From assembly GCA_964401855.1 (NCBI GenBank), contig CAYOAF010000133.1, positions 1 through 34,801 of the forward strand: a stretch of DNA of 34,801 nt. The letters run 5' to 3'. The translations under genes were made by a program, and so were the position numbers. The DNA is from an uncultured Dehalococcoidia bacterium (GTDB lineage: Bacteria > Chloroflexota > Dehalococcoidia > Lucifugimonadales > UBA3495). Position 1 is the stretch's first letter. Each line of letters begins with the position of its first letter. The notes beneath the pieces are model-generated. The model saw only the letters and a list, made by a program, of their open reading frames with translations, ran no database searches and was not told the origin of the DNA. Positions 1 through 7,810 of the stretch are shown here, piece after piece.

Positions 1-81
1 CGGGTACTCCCCTGCATGCTCCAGCACCAGGCGAACCGTCCGCTCTCGGATCTCCACTGGGTACTTCGTTGTCTGTCTCAT
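1..81 (-). CDS. IS3-family transposase OrfA, N-terminal 27 aa (truncated by the window edge)
   Basis: Translated by hand as MRQTTKYPVEIRERTVRLVLEHAGEYP, similar to IS629-type OrfA N-termini. GGAG lies just upstream of the ATG at 81. Confidence 0.85.
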   Translation of the reverse strand, partial: MRQTTKYPVEIRERTVRLVLEHAGEYP

Positions 82-140
82 GCTCCAATCCTCTCATGTC
101 TCTCAAGGTTTGGAGCCTCCACTTTTCCCGGCGCAGTTCA
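1..140 (-). mobile_element. IS3-family (IS51/IS629-like) insertion sequence, left end; runs off the window
   Basis: The minus strand from 140 reads TGAACTGCGCCGGGAAAAGTGGAGGCT, resembling IS51-group terminal repeats (TGAACCGCCCCGG...GGAG). It is followed by an RBS and an OrfA-like reading frame. Confidence 0.85.
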
Positions 141-241
141 GTGGGATATGAAGCAGGACCTCTAGTCACACACACTGCACGACTTATCGATGGTTCGATT
201 TACAACTTTGGCAGTTGCGAGTTCTCATCTGTCTCAGCCGG

Positions 242-1489
242 TTACGTTGTTTCGATGGGACCTGTGATAGGCAAGAATGCGAGAATCTGTTCCTTGCAAA
301 GTAAGATGCCCTTTGCCGTTCTTTTCACCAAGCCCATCTTCTCCAAGGCAGTGATGTCCCGCGTCAACGTCTTATCAGTCTTGCTTGCGTAGGCTTCCGC
401 AGTTCGGGGTGTCAATCTGCGAAGGTCGGCTCGTGGAACAGGTTTGTTTTGGAATGAAAGGTCAAGCACCAGGTGCCGTCGACGCGCTTGAGTGGCGGTG
501 TTTCTGTCTCCAACCTTGTCGTGAAGGTAGTTTTCCCACGTCACATCTAGCTGCTGCATCCTTATTACCTTGATCTGGGCACGCAAACAATCAACGAGTC
601 CCTGTAGCGAATACACGATGAACCCTACGGCCCCGTTGTCAGTTTGGCTGGCTCGCTGAAGTTGCCGGTAGTACTCTGCGCGTGTCTCGTTGTAATGATT
701 GCTCAAAAGGTGTGCCGCCGGACTTGGAACACTTGAGGATGCGAGAATTTTATACTCGATTAGACGCGCGGTCCTCCCATTTCCATCACCGAACGGATGT
801 ATCCATACCAAATACAGGTGAGCAAGTATTGACTTGAAAATCGCTCCACCCAGCGGGTGACATTTCAATTCGGCGAAATCCGAACTATCCAGCCATTTAC
901 ATAGCGCCCCTAGCAGGAAATCACAGTCCTCGCGCGGAGCCCCTATGTACCCAGGCACACCGACTGGCAATGTCGGTATTTCTTCTGGTACAACGCCAGG
1001 TTCTAAATCCAATCTATCCAAAACAATCTTATTGAGTTCCTTAATACGCTCTGGCGAAATCGGGCGGACGATCCCGTTGACCAAGTCCTCAAGAATCTCA
1101 TTACAGCCTTTAAGAATATTATCGACTTCCAGCCCAAGATATTCCTTCGATGGGGGAAGATCGCGAATCCCTCTGATACGCCTTGATGCTTCTTCCTCTG
1201 AGGGCGTGTTTCCTTCAATGGCCGTAGTTGCTCGCGCGCCCTTGGCTAGGTAAAGCATATGAAGGGCCTCCGCAACTGCGGGCCTCAACGGAATACCACT
1301 AATGTGCTCGCATTTGGAGCAGGCTTCGCCCAGTAACGTCCATAGTTGATAAGGTGCCCGCGTCAGATCGAGCTTGAAAGCTATCCATGGGTGTGTCCGT
1401 TGATATGTTCTGTTGGAATCATTTGTCCCCAATGGTGTCCCGTGAAATTCCTCTGATACTGTAGCCGCAGGCGGCATTAAATCCTCCAT
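242..1489 (-). CDS. Fic-family protein (class II, AMP-transferase-like) with a probable C-terminal winged HTH
   Basis: Canonical HPFGDGNGRTAR motif and an N-terminal inhibitory motif TTAIEGN. The C-terminus (KTLTRDITALEKMGLV) is wHTH-like. The ATG at 1477, preceded by GGAGG, is an alternative start. GC is visibly lower than in the rest of the window. Confidence 0.93.
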   Translation of the reverse strand: MEDLMPPAATVSEEFHGTPLGTNDSNRTYQRTHPWIAFKLDLTRAPYQLWTLLGEACSKCEHISGIPLRPAVAEALHMLYLAKGARATTAIEGNTPSEEEASRRIRGIRDLPPSKEYLGLEVDNILKGCNEILEDLVNGIVRPISPERIKELNKIVLDRLDLEPGVVPEEIPTLPVGVPGYIGAPREDCDFLLGALCKWLDSSDFAELKCHPLGGAIFKSILAHLYLVWIHPFGDGNGRTARLIEYKILASSSVPSPAAHLLSNHYNETRAEYYRQLQRASQTDNGAVGFIVYSLQGLVDCLRAQIKVIRMQQLDVTWENYLHDKVGDRNTATQARRRHLVLDLSFQNKPVPRADLRRLTPRTAEAYASKTDKTLTRDITALEKMGLVKRTAKGILLCKEQILAFLPITGPIETT

Positions 1490-1545
1490 TTTGTCCTTAT
1501 TACTGTCCCACTATTCGTCCCATCTAATGCACCATACTGGGTGCA
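1424..1545. promoter_or_regulatory. 12-bp-periodic GTCC(C) direct-repeat array plus a palindrome around the Fic start (candidate operator)
   Basis: GTCC begins at 1425 and 1437, and at 1493, 1505 and 1517. TGCACC-N6-GGTGCA at 1528-1545 overlaps a minus-strand TATGGT -10-like hexamer. Confidence 0.45.
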
Positions 1546-1625
1546 AAACTGATAGGCTGCCACCACAGGCCCGGCGGCCCGGCGGTCTTCGCGCCGACCT
1601 TGAACCTCGCTTTAGGGGGTGGACC

Positions 1626-2417
1626 ATGCCCATGGCGCCGGTCAACGGCATCGAGCTGTACTATGAGTCTCACGGAGAGGGGCCGGCGATAGTGTTTGCC
1701 CACCAGCGGGCCGGCAACCATTTAAGCTGGTGGCAGCAGGTGCCGGTCTTTCGTAAGGACTACCGCTGCATCACCTTCGACCAGCGGGGGTACGGCGCCT
1801 CGGTGGAACCGCCGGGCGGCTCGGGGACCAGCGCCTTCGTGGAGGACCTGAGGCAGCTGCTGGACTATCTGGGAGTGAAGCGCGCCTTTCTGGTGGCCCA
1901 CGCGCTGGGCGGATTAACCTGTTTGGGGTTTGCCCTGGCCCACCCGGAGCGGACCCTGGGCCTGATCTTGGGAAACTCCACCGGGGGCGTGGGCGACCCA
2001 ACGGTGGTGGAGGCGATAACAGAGCTTGATCTCCTCCCGGCCGATGATGTGCCGCGGACGCTTGCCGCCAGTTTTGTCGGCCAGCATCCTGACCGGACCT
2101 TCCTCTACCGGGAAATCGCCGCGCTCAATCCGGAGTTGAATCTATACATAAGAACGGCTTCCCATGGCTCTGGCGGCCCCCAAGCGGCGGACCTTGCCAA
2201 GCTGGCCGTCCCCACGATGTTGATCGTTGGGGCGGAGAGCTTGATTCACCCGGTCGGTGCGATCCGGGCGCTGCAACGACTGATCCCCGGGTCCAGGTTG
2301 GAGATCGTGCAGGGGTCGGCCCACAGCACCTATTTCGAGCAGCCGGAGGCGTTCAACCGGCTGGTTGGGGAGTTTTTCGCCAACGTCCTGGCCGGCAAGT
2401 CGGCCACGCCTCACTAG
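1626..2417 (+). CDS. alpha/beta-fold hydrolase with Ala at the nucleophile elbow (RutD-like motif)
   Basis: Typical start MPMAPVNGIELYYESHGEG, DQRGYG motif, elbow AHALGG and C-terminal AHSTYFEQP with the catalytic His. I moved the start from 1491 to ATG 1626. Confidence 0.9.
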   Translation: MPMAPVNGIELYYESHGEGPAIVFAHQRAGNHLSWWQQVPVFRKDYRCITFDQRGYGASVEPPGGSGTSAFVEDLRQLLDYLGVKRAFLVAHALGGLTCLGFALAHPERTLGLILGNSTGGVGDPTVVEAITELDLLPADDVPRTLAASFVGQHPDRTFLYREIAALNPELNLYIRTASHGSGGPQAADLAKLAVPTMLIVGAESLIHPVGAIRALQRLIPGSRLEIVQGSAHSTYFEQPEAFNRLVGEFFANVLAGKSATPH

Positions 2418-2541
2418 GGGTCATTTCAAAATCCCCCGGGGCCAAGTTCGCCGTCCTTCGACAGGCTCAGGACGAACGGGAAAGAGGCCTTCCCTCCGTT
2501 CGTGGTGAGCTTGTCGAACCACATTTTGAAACAGCTTCTAG
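2414..2541. repeat. MITE-like element with CTAG-bounded imperfect terminal inverted repeats and an internal REP-like palindrome
   Basis: The left end CTAGGGGTCATTTCAAAAT mirrors the reverse complement of the right end, CTAGAAGCTGTTTCAAAAT. The internal arm TTCGACAGGCTCAGGACGAACGG (2457-2479) pairs with CCGTTCGTGGTGAGCTTGTCGAA (2496-2518). Confidence 0.7.
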
Positions 2542-2628
2542 AACACTTGAGGGTATGATGGCCGGGCTGGGAGCCGGCTCCTGGATGCCGGTCCGATGCC
2601 GATAGGCGCCCTGGCTCGGGCAACCGGA

Positions 2629-4491
2629 TCAGGGGATCACCGTGAAATCCGAGCTGAACGAAACGTTTCCCACCGTTACCGAGACCTCTGCAGGCCCCGG
2701 AGATATCGCGGGGACCACCGCGGTCATCTCAAACACGCCATCCACGTCCGTCCCGAAGATGTGCCCGCCCAGGACATGGTTCCCTCTTATGGTGACCGTC
2801 GTCACCGTTGTAAGCGCAGGAAACCCGCTGCCTTCGATGGTCAGGCGACTGAATACCGCACTCTCGGCCGGCGTTAGATCAAGCTCGATCGGCGGAACGG
2901 TGAGATTCGCCCCGGCGCTGACCCCCGCTACTTCAGCGGAAACCTCGGATACTCCAGAAGGCATCTCAGGGACCGTCACCTCGACAACAAAGGTACCCCA
3001 GATTGTTGTCACGAAACCGGGGCCGGCAATCAGATTCGTGGCGTTGGCCAGCAGGTCCAACCCGCCCACGCTCAATGACTCGATCTCCGACAAAGCAGGG
3101 AAGCCCCACCCCTCAACGATTACGGTCGTGTTCAGAGGCCCAGCCGATGGCGTTAGCCCAACCGTTGCGGGGAGGACCTCGAATACAGCCCTGCCATCGT
3201 CCCCCCCCGCGGTGGCGGAGACCGTGACCTTGCGGCTGGGCACTTTCGGAACCAACAGTTGGATCACGAATGCCCCTGAGCTGTCGGTGGCGGTGTACGG
3301 ATAGGTTGAAATGGTTACTCCGAACAGGACAATCGACTCCACGATTGAGGACGGTGGAAATCCCTGACCTGTAATGGTGAAAGGCGTGCCGGGAAACCCT
3401 TGCGTTGGTTCCAAAGAGAGGCTCGGAGCAAGCGCCAAGTGGTCAATCAATACAGCGCGGCCCGTAACATCGTCAATAACCTCTACGATGTTGGTGGCGC
3501 CCGGCGCGGCGGAAAGCGGCACCGTGAAAGGGATATCGAAGGCGCCGGTGCGGTCGGCTTTGCTGGACGCGACGATGCTCCCGGCGTATTTGACCGTGGC
3601 GGTGCTGGAGGGAGTGAAGCCTTGACCCGCGACCGCCACACTGCTACCCCTTCCGCCGGAGTCTGGTGAGAGGCGGATAGAAGGCCCAGGGGTCGCCGTT
3701 GGCGCCGGCGCCGGGGTGGGGTTGGGGGTTGGTATCGGCGTGGGTACGGGTGTCGGTATCGGCGCTGGTGTCTGGGTGGGCGCACCGGTGGGTGTTGGCG
3801 TCGGCGGCGATGTGGGAGTAGGCGTGGGCGTGGAGGCAATAGGAGGAGGTGTGGCCGCAGGTGAAGGGGCCGGCGCCGGTGTGGGTGTTCCTGGGACCGC
3901 CGCGGGGATGGTTGTTGATCCCGGAGTGGGTGGAACGGTCGGGACCAAGACAGGGACCACCGTAGGGGTTGAGGCGAGCGCGGCCGGGACCGTGGCTGTC
4001 GGTGGTACAGGCGTGGAACTGGGAACCGAAGTTGATGAGGACGGCTGCGGGTCGCGATCGAAAGTGCCCACCGCGAACGCTGCCGCCAGTGCCGCCCCGG
4101 CAATTACGACGAAGCTCAAGCCGGCCAGCAGCAGTGCCGGCAGTTTTCTCCTGGCCGGACGGCTCAACTCCGAAGGCTCGGCCAAGACCAGGCGGACCTC
4201 AATCGCGCCCCTCTTGTCGACGATGAACCGCTCGATTCCGGGCTTGCCCCTGAACCGGTCGTCGGGCTCGAAAGAGAGCCTAATGTCGTAGTAGTACCCT
4301 TTGTCTTCCTGGCTTACCACCTCCCATATGAAGTTGTGCCAGGCGTAGCGATGCCCGTAGAAGCCGGGGGTGGTACGAGCGTGTCGAAGCGCCAGCACGC
4401 GGGCCTCGTCCAACGTAATGTGGCCCGGGGCCTCGCCCTCCGGCGTGGGATCGAGTTTTTCTTCCCGTCGGTTTCCTTCTTCTTCAGCCAT
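2629..4491 (-). CDS. Single-pass membrane protein: N-terminal unknown domain, TM helix, Pro/Thr linker, four IPT/TIG-like Ig repeats
   Basis: TM segment LLLAGLSFVVIAGAALAAAFAV, a long PT-rich tract, and four repeats of about 85-95 aa opening with L(S/E/T)P..G......V.G.GF. The start is uncertain (4491 or 4533; the ORF track gives 4683). A minus-strand TATAAT overlapping ATG 4533 favours 4491. Confidence 0.8.
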   Translation of the reverse strand: MAEEEGNRREEKLDPTPEGEAPGHITLDEARVLALRHARTTPGFYGHRYAWHNFIWEVVSQEDKGYYYDIRLSFEPDDRFRGKPGIERFIVDKRGAIEVRLVLAEPSELSRPARRKLPALLLAGLSFVVIAGAALAAAFAVGTFDRDPQPSSSTSVPSSTPVPPTATVPAALASTPTVVPVLVPTVPPTPGSTTIPAAVPGTPTPAPAPSPAATPPPIASTPTPTPTSPPTPTPTGAPTQTPAPIPTPVPTPIPTPNPTPAPAPTATPGPSIRLSPDSGGRGSSVAVAGQGFTPSSTATVKYAGSIVASSKADRTGAFDIPFTVPLSAAPGATNIVEVIDDVTGRAVLIDHLALAPSLSLEPTQGFPGTPFTITGQGFPPSSIVESIVLFGVTISTYPYTATDSSGAFVIQLLVPKVPSRKVTVSATAGGDDGRAVFEVLPATVGLTPSAGPLNTTVIVEGWGFPALSEIESLSVGGLDLLANATNLIAGPGFVTTIWGTFVVEVTVPEMPSGVSEVSAEVAGVSAGANLTVPPIELDLTPAESAVFSRLTIEGSGFPALTTVTTVTIRGNHVLGGHIFGTDVDGVFEMTAVVPAISPGPAEVSVTVGNVSFSSDFTVIP

Positions 4492-4531
4492 CAACACCGG
4501 CGTCGAGACCGGTTCCGCACTCGGTAGCACC

Positions 4532-4562
4532 ATTATAGTGCCCTCACGCCGGTCCGGGTCAA
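4532..4562 (-). promoter_or_regulatory. Putative sigma70 promoter for the Ig-repeat gene
   Basis: TTGACC (4562-4557), a long 19-nt spacer, then TATAAT (4537-4532). Confidence 0.4.
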
Positions 4563-4635
4563 CGTGGAATCGGTGCGGCTTTGAGTGGTTCGCTACAAGG
4601 GCGGCGATCGGCGGGATTGCCGCGTCTATCCAACG

Positions 4636-4664
4636 TTGACACCCTTCCTGGCTGGGTGTACGTT
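4636..4664 (+). promoter_or_regulatory. Putative sigma70 promoter upstream of the aroKB leader
   Basis: TTGACA (4636-4641), 17 nt, then TACGTT (4659-4664). Confidence 0.55.
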
Positions 4665-4668
4665 GATG

Positions 4669-4813
4669 CCCGAACCCTCTCATCTGCCCTGCGCAAGCTG
4701 CTCATTGGCGGTGACCGCTAGGCCCGCGGTGATCGCCGAAGGGTGGGAAGCTGAGCCAAACCCCGCGTGGTCTCAGGGGTTGCGAGGCCGTTGCCAGAGG
4801 GGAGGGTTCAGGG
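4669..4813 (+). ncRNA. Candidate structured leader RNA / ncRNA (family not recognised)
   Basis: 4672-4686 pairs with 4795-4809. Internal hairpins lie at 4705-4740 and 4759-4781. Several mismatches are G-U compatible on the + strand. Confidence 0.4.
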
Positions 4814-4814
4814 A

Positions 4815-6497
4815 GTGTCCTTGTCTACACCTCGAAGGGTTTTTCTGGTGGGATTCATGGCATCGGGCAAGACCCACGTGGGAAGGGTGTTGTCGCGGCT
4901 TACCGGCCTGCCTTTCGTCGACGCCGACGATGAAGTCGTAGCGCGGGCCGGCAAGCCCATCCACCAGATATTTCAGGATTCAGGCGAGGCTGCGTTCCGG
5001 TACCTGGAGCGCTCGGTCATCCGCGACCTGTGCTCCGGGCCGAGCAAGATCATCGCTGCGGGAGGGGGGGCGTTCGTTGACTCGGACGCCCGAGGACGAA
5101 TGCTGGCCTGCGGCCTGGTGTTTCATCTCAGCGCCCGGCCTGAGACCATCCATCGCCGGATTACCGGACCCTCCTCATCTGGTCCCCCTTCTGAGGGGGG
5201 AGCAGAGGAACCCGTGCGCCCCCTCTTGGCGGGCAGGGACCCGATGGAGAGGATCCGGTCCTTGCTAGCCCAGCGGGCCGGCGCTTACGCCCAGGCCCAC
5301 CACACGATCGAGACGGACCATTTGACGCCGGAGCGAGTGGCCCGGCAAATCCTGGAGCTTTGCCGGCTGGAGACTACCGGTAGTGGAGGAGGGCCCATGG
5401 GTGACCCGGACCTGGCCGCGGTGGTGCATCACTCCGGCGGCAGCTACCCAGTTATCGCGGGCTGGGGCATCTTGCACGGCCTGGGCGAGCGGCTCGCCAC
5501 TTTGGGTGTCAAGAGCCCGGCCTACATCATCACCGACAGCAGAGTGATGCGGCCCTACGCGAGGAGGGTGCAGTGGTCGCTGCACCGGAGCAGTATCGAC
5601 GCCCACTGCTTCATCATCCCCGCGGGAGAACCCAGCAAGAGCTTCCAGTTGGCTCAGGCCATCTACGATTGGCTGTTGGAGCGGCGGGCCGAGCGGGGCC
5701 AGGCCATTATCGCTGTGGGCGGGGGGGTTGTCGGCGACCTGGCGGGTTTCGTGGCGGCTACCTTCCTGCGGGGCGTACCCTTCGTCCAGGTCCCCACCAG
5801 TATGGCGGCCATGGTGGATGCCTCCATCGGCGGCAAGGTGGCGGTCAATCTTCCCCAGGCGAAGAACATGGTGGGCGCCTTCTACCAGCCCAAGGGGGTT
5901 TTCGCCGACGTGCACACCCTCTCCACCTTGGGGAGACGGGAACTCTCCGAGGGTTGGGCCGAAGCGATCAAGCATGGCTTCATCCTGGACGCCGGACTGG
6001 TGGATGTTTTCGAAGAGCACGCCGAAGCCCTGATGGCGGTGGAGCCCCGGATAACCACTGAGGTAATTCGCCGCAGCATGGCTATCAAGGCCGAAGTGGT
6101 AAGCCGGGACGAGCGGGAGACCCTGGGCATACGTATTCAACTCAATTACGGTCACACCATCGGACACGCTCTGGAGTCGTCCACCGAGTATGGCCGCTTC
6201 CTTCATGGAGAGGGTGTGTCCATCGGCATGATGGGCGCCGCCCGCATTGCCGCGGAGATGAGATTGTTGCCGGAAGCGGTGATGGACCGGCAGCGACGGT
6301 TGTTGGAGCAGTTCAACCTGCCGGTCAAGGCCGCCGGGGTTCCCGTGGACGACGTGCTGCGGGCCATGTCCCTGGATAAGAAGATGGCCGACGGCGCCAA
6401 CCGGTGGGTGTTGCTGGAGGACGTAGGCAAGGCCGTGGTGCGCAACGACGTGCCCAGAGACTTGGTGGAAGCGGCGGTCCGGGAGTTGGTCGCCTAG
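4815..6497 (+). CDS. aroKB: Bifunctional shikimate kinase / 3-dehydroquinate synthase
   Basis: AroK motifs GFMASGKT, GEAAFR, GGG and RPLL, then AroB motifs GGGVVGDLAGF, DASIGGK, KNMVGAFYQP, LNYGHTIGHALE and HGE. GTG start at 4815. Confidence 0.96.
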   Translation: MSLSTPRRVFLVGFMASGKTHVGRVLSRLTGLPFVDADDEVVARAGKPIHQIFQDSGEAAFRYLERSVIRDLCSGPSKIIAAGGGAFVDSDARGRMLACGLVFHLSARPETIHRRITGPSSSGPPSEGGAEEPVRPLLAGRDPMERIRSLLAQRAGAYAQAHHTIETDHLTPERVARQILELCRLETTGSGGGPMGDPDLAAVVHHSGGSYPVIAGWGILHGLGERLATLGVKSPAYIITDSRVMRPYARRVQWSLHRSSIDAHCFIIPAGEPSKSFQLAQAIYDWLLERRAERGQAIIAVGGGVVGDLAGFVAATFLRGVPFVQVPTSMAAMVDASIGGKVAVNLPQAKNMVGAFYQPKGVFADVHTLSTLGRRELSEGWAEAIKHGFILDAGLVDVFEEHAEALMAVEPRITTEVIRRSMAIKAEVVSRDERETLGIRIQLNYGHTIGHALESSTEYGRFLHGEGVSIGMMGAARIAAEMRLLPEAVMDRQRRLLEQFNLPVKAAGVPVDDVLRAMSLDKKMADGANRWVLLEDVGKAVVRNDVPRDLVEAAVRELVA

Positions 6498-6522
6498 CGG
6501 TCTTGAGGAAGGAGCCGGTCTT

Positions 6523-6560
6523 CTTCCCTTTGGGAATGGGGAGAGTTAGCGTGGGGGTGG
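6523..6560. repeat. Degenerate REP-like palindrome between convergent aroKB and tauE
   Basis: TTCCC-TTT-GGGAA followed by GGGGAGAGTTAGCGTGGGGGTG resembles the CCCTCTCCC...GGGAGAGGGTTAGGGTGAGGG intergenic repeat type. Confidence 0.4.
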
Positions 6561-7622
6561 ATTCGCCTTGCCCATATATTCGTCTCGGACCGGCCGCCTC
6601 AGTTTGGTCTCTACCAGCATGACTACGATCACGATGCAGATCGCGCCGGCGACCCCCAGGAGCAAGATTGAGGCCAGGGTGGAAAGCGATTCGTCTCCGC
6701 CGCTCTCGGACGCCTGTTTCAGGGCCATGGCCACGCTGCCGCTCAGTACGGTCACGCCGAAGAGCACCCGTATCCGCGCCGCATCCACGAACTTTGTGGC
6801 GGTAGAGCCCAGTTGGGCCCCTACGGAAGCTGCCCCAAGCATGATTACCGCCATCATCGGGTCCACGTGGCCGGAGAGGGAGTAGAGGAAGGTCCCCACC
6901 GAGCCCGTGATAATGATCTGGAACAGGTCGGTGCCGATGGCTACCGTGGTGGGTATGCCCAAGACGTATATCAGCACCGGCATGAGAATGAAGCCCCCGC
7001 CGGCCCCCAGCAGCCCGGCGAAAAAGCCCACCCCGAATCCCACTCCAAAGAGAATAAACACCGAGATTCGCTCGATCCTCGAAACAGGCAGCGACACGTA
7101 GGTGCGAACCCGGCCCAGGCCAGGTACCCAGAGGGAGTTGGGCGGGATGCGCAGCGCCTGGACTCGCTGGGCCAACCTGATGATGGAAACTTCTCCGGGC
7201 CGGCTGTTCGATGTCCGGCGGACCCGCCAGTAGTCGTAGACGATGAACGATCCCAGGCCGGCCAGTAAGACCACGTAGAGGTACCGGATGACCGGGCCGA
7301 TCAGCCCGGCGGACTCCAGCGCCGAGTTCAGCCTCTCTGCCAGGAACACCGCCGGTATGGTGCCGCAGATGAGGAACACCCCCAGTTTCAAGTCCACGTT
7401 CCCCAGCCGCCGGTGCTTCAGCGTGTTGATGATCGAGGTGCCCATGATCAAGGTGAGGCCGGTCCCCACCGCGAAGACGGGAGGCACGCCAAACACCAGC
7501 AGGCCGCCCGTGATCAAGAACCCGCCGCCCACGCCGAAGAAGCCGCTGAGGGTCCCGACGATCAACCCCAGGAGCACCAGAAGGAACGGGTTTACCACCA
7601 CATCGGCGTTGGGGAAAAGCAT
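6546..7622 (-). CDS. Sulfite exporter TauE/SafE (DUF81/TSUP) family membrane protein
   Basis: Two internal repeats, SGFFGVGGGFL and AGLLGAGGGFI, each followed later by A(V/I)GT, plus multiple TM helices. Confidence 0.93.
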   Translation of the reverse strand: MLFPNADVVVNPFLLVLLGLIVGTLSGFFGVGGGFLITGGLLVFGVPPVFAVGTGLTLIMGTSIINTLKHRRLGNVDLKLGVFLICGTIPAVFLAERLNSALESAGLIGPVIRYLYVVLLAGLGSFIVYDYWRVRRTSNSRPGEVSIIRLAQRVQALRIPPNSLWVPGLGRVRTYVSLPVSRIERISVFILFGVGFGVGFFAGLLGAGGGFILMPVLIYVLGIPTTVAIGTDLFQIIITGSVGTFLYSLSGHVDPMMAVIMLGAASVGAQLGSTATKFVDAARIRVLFGVTVLSGSVAMALKQASESGGDESLSTLASILLLGVAGAICIVIVVMLVETKLRRPVRDEYMGKANPPPR

Positions 7623-7624
7623 GA

Positions 7625-7810
7625 CTACCTTGTGCGGCGCCTGGCAGTCTTGTCAAAAGGCCCCGCCGAAGAGAGTAACCGCAACACCACCTCCCAAAAC
7701 AGGAACAGCGCCAGGCTGGTGCAGGATACCACCGCTACCACCACCAGCGCCCACAGCAAGGAGTGGTCGGCGCTGAAGGTTCTCAGGAAACCGGTGAATG
7801 TTTCGTACAT
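7625..7810 (-). CDS. Small (61 aa) single-TM membrane protein in an operon with tauE
   Basis: MYETFTGFLRTFSADHSLLWALVVVAVVSCTSLALFLFWEVVLR... It has AGGGG upstream of ATG 7810, and its stop lies 2 nt before the tauE ATG. Confidence 0.7.
   Translation of the reverse strand: MYETFTGFLRTFSADHSLLWALVVVAVVSCTSLALFLFWEVVLRLLSSAGPFDKTARRRTR

Noticed and set aside
185-215. GGTTCGATT resembling a tRNA T-loop near the island edge
   Set aside because: No T-stem, acceptor stem or cloverleaf can be built around it.
69-392. 107-aa + strand ORF across the IS end and the Fic 3' end
   Set aside because: It overlaps the IS terminal repeat and Fic antisense, and has no RBS or motif.
3690-4050. Repetitive GGTGT/GGCGT tracts here and at 17920-18230 as a possible CRISPR array or tandem repeat
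   Set aside because: They are explained by Pro/Thr-rich linker codons and have no constant repeat-spacer structure.
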